Assembly (NCBI GenBank): GCA_963651445.1
Contig: CAVJPU010000002.1
Span: forward strand, 18,232-82,231
From: a bacterium
GTDB lineage: Bacteria; Bacillota_I; Bacilli_A; RFN20; CAG-826
Reading direction: 5' to 3'
Length of the DNA: 64,000 nt
Part shown: piece after piece, positions 43,212 through 51,648 of the stretch
Numbering within the stretch: position 1 is the first letter of the stretch
Layout of the letters: the number at the start of each line of letters is the position of its first letter
Position numbers and translations under genes: made by a program
The notes under the pieces: generated by a model
Told to the model about the DNA's origin: nothing
What the model saw: only the letters and a program-made list of their open reading frames with translations
The model's database searches: none

Positions 43212-43778
43212 TTATCCAATCGTGATGATTGGATTGTTTTCTGTTAGGATGGCATCAAATTCTAAATCGAAAAAGTCAATTTTCTCTTTTAACACATCAA
43301 TTTGTTGTTGAATATCAAAAATTGATGGGCGTTCCCGTTTTTCGAGCAAAGTCTTAAGCTCATCATCAGAAGAAGCTTTAGAGAATTTGGCGTCAAATTC
43401 ACGTTCTAATGTACTAAATGACGAACGAGATGCGCTCAGGTCCTTAACGAGGCGTTGATGTAAGGCACGAAGATTCGGTAGAATATGCGTACGATATGTC
43501 AATGCATCGTTAATAGACATTTCTTGATCACCAATTTTAATTTTTGTCTCAAAATTGGCACGATTAATTTGACAACGGAGTTTAAATTCGGTGTCCAAAC
43601 GATCATTAATCGATTGTAATGCGGTATGTGATTTCTCGGAGAATTCTTTGGTTTTTAAACCAGTGCTGATTTCAACACCATTTCGAATAACACCGCTAAA
43701 CACAGAATCACGAAGTGCTTCAATGAATAGATTTTTAGAACGTTTGATTGTTACTAGTGCTCGTGCGATAGTAGTCAT
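43212..43778 (-). CDS. coiled-coil protein embedded in the tRNA island (DIP1984-family-like pattern, tentative)
   Basis: 188 aa with N-terminal ARALVTIKRSK and a central INRANFETKI...INDALTYR pattern. Recognition by eye only. Confidence 0.35.
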   Translation of the reverse strand: MTTIARALVTIKRSKNLFIEALRDSVFSGVIRNGVEISTGLKTKEFSEKSHTALQSINDRLDTEFKLRCQINRANFETKIKIGDQEMSINDALTYRTHILPNLRALHQRLVKDLSASRSSFSTLEREFDAKFSKASSDDELKTLLEKRERPSIFDIQQQIDVLKEKIDFFDLEFDAILTENNPIITIG

Positions 43779-43810
43779 ATATTTTTCCTATTTTGAACTT
43801 TGCAATGTCT

Positions 43811-43887
43811 TGGTGGGCCTCCAGGAATTCGAATCCCGTATCTTCCCGTTATGAGCGGGGTGCTTATACCACTTAAGCTTGAGGCCC
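43811..43887 (-). tRNA. tRNA-Met (anticodon CAU), second copy
   Basis: Hand-folded. Acceptor GGGCCTC/GAGGCCC, loop CTCATAA, T arm CGGGA-TTCGAAT-TCCTG, encoded CCA. Confidence 0.75.
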
Positions 43888-43896
43888 AGTTGATGG

Positions 43897-44352
43897 TTAT
43901 TTAGAATTAATAAGCTCTATTAATTTTGCCACGATAATATGCGGTTTAGCATTAACAGTTTTTATCAATTTTCCGATCAATGGATTGATAACCTTTTGTA
44001 AATTTGACAACTTGTATTGTTCTATTTCTTTAGGATGTTGTTCTATAATATTATTTATACACTCAATCTCGGCATCCGAAAACATGTATGAATTGAATTC
44101 CGATTTGAGGTTATCCTCTTTTGCTTGCTTGACAGCAGCATCATTACATTTTAATATTTCATTTTTATGATTGGCCCAATCATTTCTACATTCTAGAAAT
44201 TTTTTGTACACTTCAGTTTTGTTCAACTCATCAAGAGCCGTCCATCTTAACATAGTTTTAATTGAACCATTATCATATTCCGCTTCATAAATTGTTCCGG
44301 TTCCTAATTCACCTTTACAATCATTATCGACAACTTTAAATATTAAACTCAT
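43897..44352 (-). CDS. protein with a C-terminal GatB/YqeY-like domain, embedded in the tRNA island
   Basis: The C-terminus IECINNIIEQHPKEIEQYKLSNLQKVINPLIGKLIKTVNAKPHIIVAKLIELINSK follows the GatB_YqeY pattern ...V..VI..NP..VE.YK.GK.KAL..LVGQVMK...GKA.P..V..LL...L. Confidence 0.45.
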   Translation of the reverse strand: MSLIFKVVDNDCKGELGTGTIYEAEYDNGSIKTMLRWTALDELNKTEVYKKFLECRNDWANHKNEILKCNDAAVKQAKEDNLKSEFNSYMFSDAEIECINNIIEQHPKEIEQYKLSNLQKVINPLIGKLIKTVNAKPHIIVAKLIELINSK

Positions 44353-44359
44353 AATTTTC

Positions 44360-44602
44360 TCATTTCAATTTAATTTTAGCTTCGAAAACAAATCTATAAT
44401 TATCATCACACAAAACTTTAGCTTGCTCATATGTCGTCGCCATTCTCAAAACAGCTCCGGTGTATGAAACTATAGCGAAAACACAACCTGCAGATGATTC
44501 ACTGGCGTGGTCTTCGACTTTAAACCTTAATTTTTTGTATGTGTATGATTCGTCATAAGTACACAAAAATTTAGCTAATGATTTAGAAAATGTAAATCGC
44601 AT
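44360..44602 (-). CDS. hypothetical protein
   Basis: 80-aa ORF. Confidence 0.45.
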   Translation of the reverse strand: MRFTFSKSLAKFLCTYDESYTYKKLRFKVEDHASESSAGCVFAIVSYTGAVLRMATTYEQAKVLCDDNYRFVFEAKIKLK

Positions 44603-44703
44603 TACTTTTCCTTCACCATTAAAAATTCCATAAATGCTTCTATTTGAAGTTTTATCTATGCACTTTTTGCAGATCTAATGTTTCATTTTAAGTTCCTTGG
44701 CTA

Positions 44704-44821
44704 TTAAAAATATTAGAGGAATCGAACCTCTTAGTTCCGTGCGGAATTACGTGAACCATTCTTTCAATGGAATCGAACCATATACTACCCAGAGCAGAAC
44801 CGTCTCACCAGAGTCAAAAAT
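44704..44821 (-). ncRNA. two tandem degenerate tRNA-like fragments, each with a canonical T arm
   Basis: The minus strand contains ATGG-TTCGATT-CCAT and AGAGG-TTCGATT-CCTCT, but I could not build acceptor or anticodon arms, and no CCA is encoded. Confidence 0.3.
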
Positions 44822-44896
44822 TGGTGTGCATAATCGGATTCGAACCGATACAAAAAGATTTTAGAGGTCTCTGCTCTACCGTTGAGCTATATGCAC
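44822..44896 (-). tRNA. tRNA with anticodon CUA (amber-reading, suppressor-type); amino-acid identity undetermined
   Basis: Hand-folded, 75 nt. Acceptor GTGCATA/TATGCAC, D arm GCTC-AACGGTA-GAGC, anticodon stem GAGAC/ATCTT (a C-A mismatch at 31:39), loop CTCTAAA, T arm ATCGG-TTCGAAT-CCGAT, encoded CCA. Confidence 0.55.
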
Positions 44897-44910
44897 TTAA
44901 GATGACTTAA

Positions 44911-45093
44911 TTATTCAAACTTGGATTTCAAGAGCTCGTATAATGCTCGAGATTCTTTAGTGTCAAATGATGTTTCTTCTGGCTCATATTGCTCATCGTC
45001 ATACACTGTCTTGACTACAAGAATATCTCCATCAAATTCAACATCGAAACTACAATTTCCAGATACAGATAAATCTCGTTCTAGGATAGCCAT
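44911..45093 (-). CDS. 60-aa acidic protein
   Basis: Strong AAGGAG Shine-Dalgarno, immediately downstream of the inverted-repeat-flanked tRNA-like element. Confidence 0.5.
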   Translation of the reverse strand: MAILERDLSVSGNCSFDVEFDGDILVVKTVYDDEQYEPEETSFDTKESRALYELLKSKFE

Positions 45094-45109
45094 TATCCAA
45101 CTCCTTTAA

Positions 45110-45238
45110 GTAACTTTTTAATAAGAACGAAGAGACTGGATTCGAACCAATATCAACCGGGTTTACAGGCCAGTTATGCTCCAGTATCAGGCGCAAGCTT
45201 AACCATTTAGCTACACTCCGAACTTATTAAAAAGTTAC
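45110..45238 (-). ncRNA. tRNA-like core (97 nt) clamped by a perfect 16-bp inverted repeat
   Basis: GTAACTTTTTAATAAG (45110-45125) is the exact reverse complement of CTTATTAAAAAGTTAC (45223-45238). The core has D-arm-like AGCT-AAATGGTTA-AGCT, T arm ATTGG-TTCGAAT-CCAGT and a CTGTAAA loop, but no standard cloverleaf and no CCA. Confidence 0.45.
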
Positions 45239-45265
45239 CTCATTAAAGAGGTAACCTAGAGGTAA

Positions 45266-45520
45266 TTATTCTAAATCAACTAAGCCAAGCTTAACAGAGT
45301 TTTCGTAATCCGAAAGTTCGATAGCATCAGTAATTGTGTCATAAGATTCGTCTACAATTGTTGAAACAACTTGACCATTTCGAGCAATGAATGATACCGA
45401 TACTAAACCATTAGTATATTCTGCAAGACCAATAATTTTTCCTGCATCTAGAACAAAACGGCTAACAGATGTGTTTTGATTAACTTTTTTGCTTACTGTA
45501 AGAGATAAACGAGTAGCCAT
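45266..45520 (-). CDS. hypothetical protein
   Basis: 84-aa ORF. Confidence 0.5.
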   Translation of the reverse strand: MATRLSLTVSKKVNQNTSVSRFVLDAGKIIGLAEYTNGLVSVSFIARNGQVVSTIVDESYDTITDAIELSDYENSVKLGLVDLE

Positions 45521-45531
45521 GATGTTTTCCT

Positions 45532-45750
45532 TTAATTTAAACTTGAATTAAGACCATTACTTGCATAGTAATGGAGTACTGCTAAAATCGCTGAGCTAGC
45601 AAAAATTTTAATACTTAAAAATGCTAAGTATTTAATTTCTGGGTTTGTTAACATGAACCCTAACAATGTCGTCATAGCTATAATTAACAACGATAATACT
45701 AAAGTTGAATTTCTAAGAACCAATAAAGATTTAATTGTTAAAGGTTTCAT
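45532..45750 (-). CDS. small two-helix membrane protein
   Basis: 72-aa hydrophobic ORF. Confidence 0.5.
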   Translation of the reverse strand: MKPLTIKSLLVLRNSTLVLSLLIIAMTTLLGFMLTNPEIKYLAFLSIKIFASSAILAVLHYYASNGLNSSLN

Positions 45751-45823
45751 GATAATTTGCTCATTTGTTTGTTGATAAAGCTATATTAACACACAAATAT
45801 AATGGTGTACACTGCTTTTTAAA

Positions 45824-46285
45824 TTATTTTTTAGGTGACCAATCTAAGTCTAGATCTTCGACATATTCTGATGCCATTTCTAATACTTTAGATTTGTCTA
45901 AAGCCGTATCTAAAATTTTAAGAGCACCGATATCATATGATAATGTAATATGCGGTTTATACTCTGGAAAATCGTAAGTAGCACCTAAAATCATTGCATA
46001 TTCATGACGCATGTTCAAATAACTTGAATCTAAAATTAGAACCAATGCACGTTTGTTATTGTGTTCAAAAACACCTAATGCAGCCGGTGTTCCAATAGGC
46101 ATTTTTTCAGTTATAGGCATATAATTGATTTTGACGCGAGAAAAGCATATTGTAGAATGCAATTTATCACGTGGAACAGGATCGAAGAGTTGCAATTTGT
46201 TTTGCAACTCCTCTAAAAAATCTAATGTGGTATCACTAAATTTTACTGCTGCGTACGTGCCTTTACCTACTTCATTAAACTTCAT
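45824..46285 (-). CDS. 57B: 2H-phosphoesterase-superfamily protein (T4 57B position)
   Basis: Two H-x-T/S motifs (LHSTICFS and PHITLSY). 153 aa, adjacent to 57A. Confidence 0.6.
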   Translation of the reverse strand: MKFNEVGKGTYAAVKFSDTTLDFLEELQNKLQLFDPVPRDKLHSTICFSRVKINYMPITEKMPIGTPAALGVFEHNNKRALVLILDSSYLNMRHEYAMILGATYDFPEYKPHITLSYDIGALKILDTALDKSKVLEMASEYVEDLDLDWSPKK

Positions 46286-46514
46286 CAGTTTCTACTGGTT
46301 GAGTTGCTAATGATTCAACTGCGCTTACAACTTCATCTAAAGTTACTTTACCATCTGTACCGGTTAATCCTAAAACTTCAACGATTTTTTGAAGAGCACC
46401 GGATAGCTCATTAACTTGTGAAGCAAGATTTGAGTTTGCTTCGATTGCATCGAACAATTTAGCTTTGGTTTCGATTACTAATTGTTCAGGAGTTTTTTGT
46501 TCTTGCGTAGACAT
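46275..46514 (-). CDS. 57A: tail-fibre assembly chaperone gp57A
   Basis: 79 aa with coiled-coil character and a T4 gp57A-like size and sequence pattern (...LAEIVEVLGLTGD...VEEVV.AV..L). Confidence 0.7.
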   Translation of the reverse strand: MSTQEQKTPEQLVIETKAKLFDAIEANSNLASQVNELSGALQKIVEVLGLTGTDGKVTLDEVVSAVESLATQPVETDEV

Positions 46515-46515
46515 G

Positions 46516-47181
46516 TTATATTACCTCTAATAATTTGCGTTTTAGATCTTCAATAGATCCATCGTTTTTGATTAAAATTTCTGATTCAAGACGTTCTAAA
46601 CCGTGTTCAGTAATGTGTTGATCAATTATGTTTTTATTTATATCATCACGTTCGATAAAAATAATTTTTGCACCCAAATCTCGTGCAGTGTCGATTTCAT
46701 GTTGTTGGCGAATATCCGTGATAACAAAATTATCAGTTGTATCTTTAGCATTAAAATATTCTACCATCATCATCTTGTTCCAGTAGTGCTTGTCTACTTT
46801 ATTGACAACAAAATCGGTTCCTAATGCTTGCATTAATTTTCTGATTGACCATTCGCCATCGTAGTCTTTAATTATATCTACTGCCGAATATGCATTAATG
46901 CGGACCGGTGAAAAATAATTTAACCAGCTAATAGCCAAATCTAAAACTTGAATTGCTTGTTCGTTAGTGATGTTCAATGAAGCTTCACGATCAAATTCTG
47001 TTTTTCCATCAATATCTGCATAAGTGATATCTGTGCCTATGGTTTTTATCCCGCAAGCTAATGCTGACTTTAAAGGGGCTGCTAATGCATATAGACATGT
47101 TTTGGGGCATTCGGATTTGATAATTTCGGCCGCGGTAGTTTTTCCGGACCGTTTCTTACCTACTATTGCAATTAATTTCAT
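46516..47181 (-). CDS. 1: deoxynucleoside monophosphate kinase (gp1)
   Basis: MKLIAIVGKKRSGKTTAAEII parallels the T4 gp1 N-terminus. 221 aa, in T4 synteny. Confidence 0.8.
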   Translation of the reverse strand: MKLIAIVGKKRSGKTTAAEIIKSECPKTCLYALAAPLKSALACGIKTIGTDITYADIDGKTEFDREASLNITNEQAIQVLDLAISWLNYFSPVRINAYSAVDIIKDYDGEWSIRKLMQALGTDFVVNKVDKHYWNKMMMVEYFNAKDTTDNFVITDIRQQHEIDTARDLGAKIIFIERDDINKNIIDQHITEHGLERLESEILIKNDGSIEDLKRKLLEVI

Positions 47182-47191
47182 AGTCTACCTT

Positions 47192-47758
47192 TTAAACGGT
47201 GTGAGTTTTTCCTCTATCAATTGTCTCGTTAATAGAAGGACGTGATATAATTATACTACCATTTTTCTCAACAGCAAAATATCTGTATTGGAAAGTTACT
47301 GTCACAAATGGTGCAGGATCGCTTTCTTCAGTAAAATTATATTCTAAATCAGATATTTGGCTTGGCCAAGCTCCATAATAATGAAATGATTGAAGGATTT
47401 TTGACTTATCATTACTCAATACATGAAGTGTAATAAATTCCGGCAATGTGCCTTCAGCCCAACCATTATTTTCGTGAGTTATATAATTGTTTAGAGATAG
47501 CATCCACTGATATACTTGAGTCCAAGCATCCAAATTTTCGTCGATTAATACCCTAACGACTAATGGGTCAAATTCAAATGTAGAACCCGGAATATTAGCG
47601 CGCCCAAGGCCTTTAGTGCCTAAAGGTGAATTTGTGACTGGGATTGATATTCCAGGTATAAGTGCTGATTGAACGTTTAGCTTAAACGCAGATGTTATAT
47701 CTGCATCGGGAATGTCCAGCACAAAGTTTGTAATATTTGTTTGGTTAAATAATGCCAT
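47192..47758 (-). CDS. 3: tail completion / sheath stabiliser (gp3)
   Basis: FNQTNITNFVLDIP...IPGISIPVT...GLGRANIPGSTFEFDPLVVR parallels T4 gp3. Confidence 0.75.
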   Translation of the reverse strand: MALFNQTNITNFVLDIPDADITSAFKLNVQSALIPGISIPVTNSPLGTKGLGRANIPGSTFEFDPLVVRVLIDENLDAWTQVYQWMLSLNNYITHENNGWAEGTLPEFITLHVLSNDKSKILQSFHYYGAWPSQISDLEYNFTEESDPAPFVTVTFQYRYFAVEKNGSIIISRPSINETIDRGKTHTV

Positions 47759-47823
47759 TTGGCTGTCCTTGGTTAAAAAATGATCGATTGGAACATAAAA
47801 TTAATAGCAATCTAGTGCTGTTT

Positions 47824-47986
47824 AAAAAAGTAGTGTAATATACATATAATGGGTTCACCCCTTAGTTCCATTCAATACCTAAGCTAAGGGATAGAAGAGG
47901 TTTTAGATGTATTAGATAATATAATATTAAAAGTTCTAAATTCACGTCGAAGACGTGCGGGACGGAGTCCCGATATTAATTGTATT
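47824..47986 (+). repeat. structured ~165-bp cassette, copy B (inverted relative to copy A)
   Basis: It shares AGTGTAATATACATATAATGGGTTCACCCCTTAGT, TAGATGTATTAGATA, AGTTCTAAAT, hairpins CACGTCGAAGACGTG and CGGGACGGAGTCCCG, and GATATTAATTGTATT with the reverse complement of 14528..14693. Confidence 0.7.
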
Positions 47987-48004
47987 AGAAGTATAAAATA
48001 AGAT

Positions 48005-48844
48005 TTATCGTTTCCACACTTTATTAGCACCAAATCTTTTACCTTTGCTTTGGAATTGTTGAAGTGGCATCATAACAACATTAGCCCAATCACTTGGTTT
48101 AATTTCAACAAATTTACCTTTAACGTGAGCTGGCAAATATGCTTTAATCATTTGGTCCGCACCACTAAATCCTTTAACTTTTGACCAATCAATTTTTAAT
48201 TTAGTGCTATTTGAAATTTCTGTAGTACTAGAATATTTTTTTAATAATTCTTCTAAAAATTGTTGACGTGCTTTAGGTGGAATATAATGAAGATTTAATC
48301 CATGGAATAGTGTCGTTTTTGACACTTTTGACTGTACAACATCTAAAAATATAATTAGTGGATATTTATCCCAAAACGGTAAAGTATCTTTATGTTTTGC
48401 GTCATATATAAAAGCATAAATTCTGCCTGGACTAGGTCTAACAACTGTGTGTCCTCGGACACCTTTAGCCAATGTATCTTTAAACCATTTTTCGGATTTA
48501 TTGTTTACTGCCGCACCTTCATTTCTGATTTTTTCTCTCATTGACTGTCTAAAGCTATTAATAATAACAGCTTCTTTTTCTCGTCTAGATAGTTTTTCTG
48601 CTCCACCTTTAGATTTTGCAATTTTAGCATCATACGCCAATTGAATTTTTGATTTATAACGAGAAATACTTTTAGTAAATGTCCCGTAATTTATATTTTT
48701 GTCTAAAGCAAACTGTTTAGCTGTACTGCCATTTGCTTTAGCTTCTAACCATTCAATGCCAATTGATACCCATGTAGCTTCTTGTCTAGATATAGGTGCT
48801 TTAGAAGCCAAATCGGCCGCTTCATCTATTTGAAAAATACTCAT
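48005..48844 (-). CDS. 2: DNA end-protector protein (gp2)
   Basis: 279 aa between genes 4 and 3, as in T4. Basic. Confidence 0.7.
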   Translation of the reverse strand: MSIFQIDEAADLASKAPISRQEATWVSIGIEWLEAKANGSTAKQFALDKNINYGTFTKSISRYKSKIQLAYDAKIAKSKGGAEKLSRREKEAVIINSFRQSMREKIRNEGAAVNNKSEKWFKDTLAKGVRGHTVVRPSPGRIYAFIYDAKHKDTLPFWDKYPLIIFLDVVQSKVSKTTLFHGLNLHYIPPKARQQFLEELLKKYSSTTEISNSTKLKIDWSKVKGFSGADQMIKAYLPAHVKGKFVEIKPSDWANVVMMPLQQFQSKGKRFGANKVWKR

Positions 48845-48847
48845 CTA

Positions 48848-49297
48848 TTAAATCCTCATCCCAAGAGCTCTTAAACCATCTTCGGTCAAAACTCTAAAAA
48901 TAATATTTCGCTTGTCGGCAAGCTCTTTAGCAGCTTTCCATTTATCTAAATTAACTTGATATGTGTATGCTTCAGATATATATCGTTTCCTAGCAGAAGC
49001 CGTTAATTTGGCAGGAGGAACAGGTGCCATCGTTTCTTTTTTAGGTTTAACTTCTACAAAAAATTCTTGACCACTTTGGTCTTTGAACCAAAAGTCCATA
49101 AAATATCTTCGTTTCTTGCCGTCTGCATTGGAAAAATACGAAATGACAGCTTCTTCGGATGCCCAATATTTTATCCGTTCGTCTTTGTCTAAAAATTCCA
49201 TATAAAACTTTTCCCATGTAGACCTATACGTTATTTTGTCTACATGACCTTTGTATTTATTTTTATTTTTTGGTATGAATTTACCGCTATAGGCCAT
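48848..49297 (-). CDS. 4: head completion protein (gp4)
   Basis: MAYSGKFIPKN..KYKG...ITYRS.WEK...KRRYFMDFW.KD.SGQEFF.E.KPKKET closely parallels T4 gp4. Confidence 0.85.
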   Translation of the reverse strand: MAYSGKFIPKNKNKYKGHVDKITYRSTWEKFYMEFLDKDERIKYWASEEAVISYFSNADGKKRRYFMDFWFKDQSGQEFFVEVKPKKETMAPVPPAKLTASARKRYISEAYTYQVNLDKWKAAKELADKRNIIFRVLTEDGLRALGMRI

Positions 49298-49308
49298 AGT
49301 ACATCCTA

Positions 49309-49316
49309 TATAAATA
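49309..49316 (+). promoter_or_regulatory. T4 late promoter TATAAATA (for genes 53, 5 and onward)
   Basis: Exact TATAAATA 34 nt upstream of the gene 53 ATG. Confidence 0.6.
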
Positions 49317-49329
49317 TTAATATTAAAAG

Positions 49330-49337
49330 TATTTATA
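49330..49337 (-). promoter_or_regulatory. T4 late promoter TATAAATA (for genes 4, 2, 3)
   Basis: Exact TATAAATA on the minus strand 33 nt upstream of the gene 4 ATG. Confidence 0.6.
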
Positions 49338-49349
49338 AATGAGGATAGA

Positions 49350-49940
49350 ATGCTTAATTCTTATTACGACCCAATTTATTATACAGCGAAAACAATAAAT
49401 GTGAATGCCAGTGAAGTTCTTTTGACTAACATCTTCAAGGATTACACGTCATATTTTAAAAAGGTTGCTGCTGGATATAATTTAATCACATATTACATTC
49501 AAGGAGCTCCAAGGCCTGAAGTATTATCATATGAGTTATATAATAATACTCAGCTTTATTGGGCACTAACAATGGCAAATGACGTTTACGATCCGTATCA
49601 CGATTGGATAAAAACACAAGAAGCCTGTTATGAGTCTGTTGCCCAAATATACGAAAATCCTGAAGAAGTAGTAGTTTACCATGTCGATATCAAAGGTGAA
49701 CGGTACTACAATTTAACTTGGTATCAAGACGAGCCTGGAATTTGGTATGATAAAAATGATAAAAATCGTTTATATCCACAATACAATGGTGCTCTAGCCG
49801 CAGTTACTGCGTATGAAGATGCACTCAATGAAAACGAAAAGAAACGTGAAATAAAAATTATTTCTCCATCAGATATGGATAATTTTATTTCTGATCTTAT
49901 CAAAGAAATGGAACGTAATGTAAATGAGACTACAGAGTGA
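49350..49940 (+). CDS. 53: baseplate wedge protein gp53
   Basis: 196 aa (matching my recollection of T4 gp53). First plus-strand gene after the divergent late promoters. Confidence 0.7.
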   Translation: MLNSYYDPIYYTAKTINVNASEVLLTNIFKDYTSYFKKVAAGYNLITYYIQGAPRPEVLSYELYNNTQLYWALTMANDVYDPYHDWIKTQEACYESVAQIYENPEEVVVYHVDIKGERYYNLTWYQDEPGIWYDKNDKNRLYPQYNGALAAVTAYEDALNENEKKREIKIISPSDMDNFISDLIKEMERNVNETTE

Positions 49941-51648
49941 TGATGTAAAATGGTTTGTTGGCGTTGTGGAAGATCGATTAGATCCTCTACAACAAGGGCG
50001 CGTACGGGTTAGAGCAGTTGGTGTCCATCCATTTTCTAGGATTCAAGGTGAGTTTTCTGGTATTCCGGTTGAAGATTTACCGTGGATGTCCGTGTTGCTT
50101 CCTGTCACAACTCCTGCTGTAGCGGGCGTATCTGGCGCAGTAACGGGACTTTTGCCTGGTTCCGGCGTTTTTGGTATTTGGTTAGACAAATATAAAACCA
50201 ATGGGCTTGTTTTAGGTTCTTATTCTGGCAACCAAGTTGTTATTCCTAATAGCGAAGAAGGCTTCTCGGATCCGTCAGGACAATATCCTGATTATGCAGG
50301 ACCTGACGGATCCGCTCTTAATGCAGGCGGAGCTTATGGTGATTCTGCTAGCTCAAATGGTTCTCAAAATGCTAATGGTGTTACTGGACTTTGGCCTGGT
50401 GGTGCTGATATTTCTGGGCCTGATGATGCACCTAACTTTACTATAGAAAAAATGCTTCGTGGTGATGAAGGAGTAAGAAACTATGTGTATTGGGATAGCT
50501 TAGGATATCCAACTGTAGGTATTGGTCATTTAGTAATCTACAGAAAAACTCGAGACATGAATTTAATTCTTAGACAGCTTTCTGCTGTCCTTGGGCATTC
50601 GGTCGGTTCTACTATTTCCCAAGCAGATATTTCTAAGTTATTCACATCAGATTTGGGTCGAACCCAGGCAGAAATTAGAAAAAACAGAACTATCGGGCCG
50701 GTTTATGTAAAAATGAATCGTTCTCGACAAATGGCTTTAGAAAATATGGCATTCCAAATGGGAACAGGTGGTCTAGCCAAATTTAAAACAGCATTAGGGC
50801 TCATGGGTGCTGGTAGTTTTGATGCTGCCGCTGCCGCACTAAAAACTTCCAAATGGGCAAGACAAACACCAGGCCGAGCTAATCGTATTTGTTTAGTTAT
50901 CAAAAATGGCAACATGGGTGCATACGGTATTATTCCTAGAAAACCAGTAGGAAAAATGCTTAAAGCCGCAGTAGCAATATCCGATACGGATTCTAGCTTT
51001 AATCCTTATGATCCAAATGATGACGAAATTTATCCGGACTATAATATTGACTTGGTTTCTGATGGTATTTCTGAAGATCTCAGTGAACCATTTGTCCAAG
51101 AAGATACATTGACATTATTTGAAGAACCTAATAGCTCATATATGGGCACATATCCTTATGTACAAGCATTGGTTACCGAAGGTGGTCATACACAAGAATT
51201 TGACAACACACCAGGACAGGAACGATATAGGCAATGGCATCCAACAGGTTCATATGTCGAAGTTGCACCAGATGGAAGAAAAACCGATAAATGTACAGGA
51301 GATTTGTACACATTAGCCGGTGGGGATAGAAATTCGCTCACAAGCGGTCAATATAAAGTCAATGTTGGTGGTAAAGAAACTTATATTAACTTTGCTGATG
51401 TTGTTAGACAAATTGAAGGAAATAACACATTAACCGTTAGCGGAAATGAAGTTAAAGAAATTACAGGTGATGGAACTATTAAAGTTTCGGGTGCTTTAAA
51501 AATTATTGTTGCCGGCGATGCAAATATTGAAGTTAGCGGAAATGCTACAACTAAAGTTTCTGGTAATTATAATATGACCGTCGGTGGAACGTATAATGTT
51601 ACTTCAGGTACTGTCAATTGGACAACACCAAGGTTCAACGTGATCTAA
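49924..51648 (+). CDS. 5: baseplate central spike with lysozyme domain (gp5)
   Basis: N-terminal WFVGVVEDRLDPLQQGRVRVR OB domain; T4-lysozyme-like MLRGDEGVRNYVYWDSLGYPTVGIGH; C-terminal VxGxxxxxV beta-helix repeats. Confidence 0.9.
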   Translation: MRLQSDDVKWFVGVVEDRLDPLQQGRVRVRAVGVHPFSRIQGEFSGIPVEDLPWMSVLLPVTTPAVAGVSGAVTGLLPGSGVFGIWLDKYKTNGLVLGSYSGNQVVIPNSEEGFSDPSGQYPDYAGPDGSALNAGGAYGDSASSNGSQNANGVTGLWPGGADISGPDDAPNFTIEKMLRGDEGVRNYVYWDSLGYPTVGIGHLVIYRKTRDMNLILRQLSAVLGHSVGSTISQADISKLFTSDLGRTQAEIRKNRTIGPVYVKMNRSRQMALENMAFQMGTGGLAKFKTALGLMGAGSFDAAAAALKTSKWARQTPGRANRICLVIKNGNMGAYGIIPRKPVGKMLKAAVAISDTDSSFNPYDPNDDEIYPDYNIDLVSDGISEDLSEPFVQEDTLTLFEEPNSSYMGTYPYVQALVTEGGHTQEFDNTPGQERYRQWHPTGSYVEVAPDGRKTDKCTGDLYTLAGGDRNSLTSGQYKVNVGGKETYINFADVVRQIEGNNTLTVSGNEVKEITGDGTIKVSGALKIIVAGDANIEVSGNATTKVSGNYNMTVGGTYNVTSGTVNWTTPRFNVI

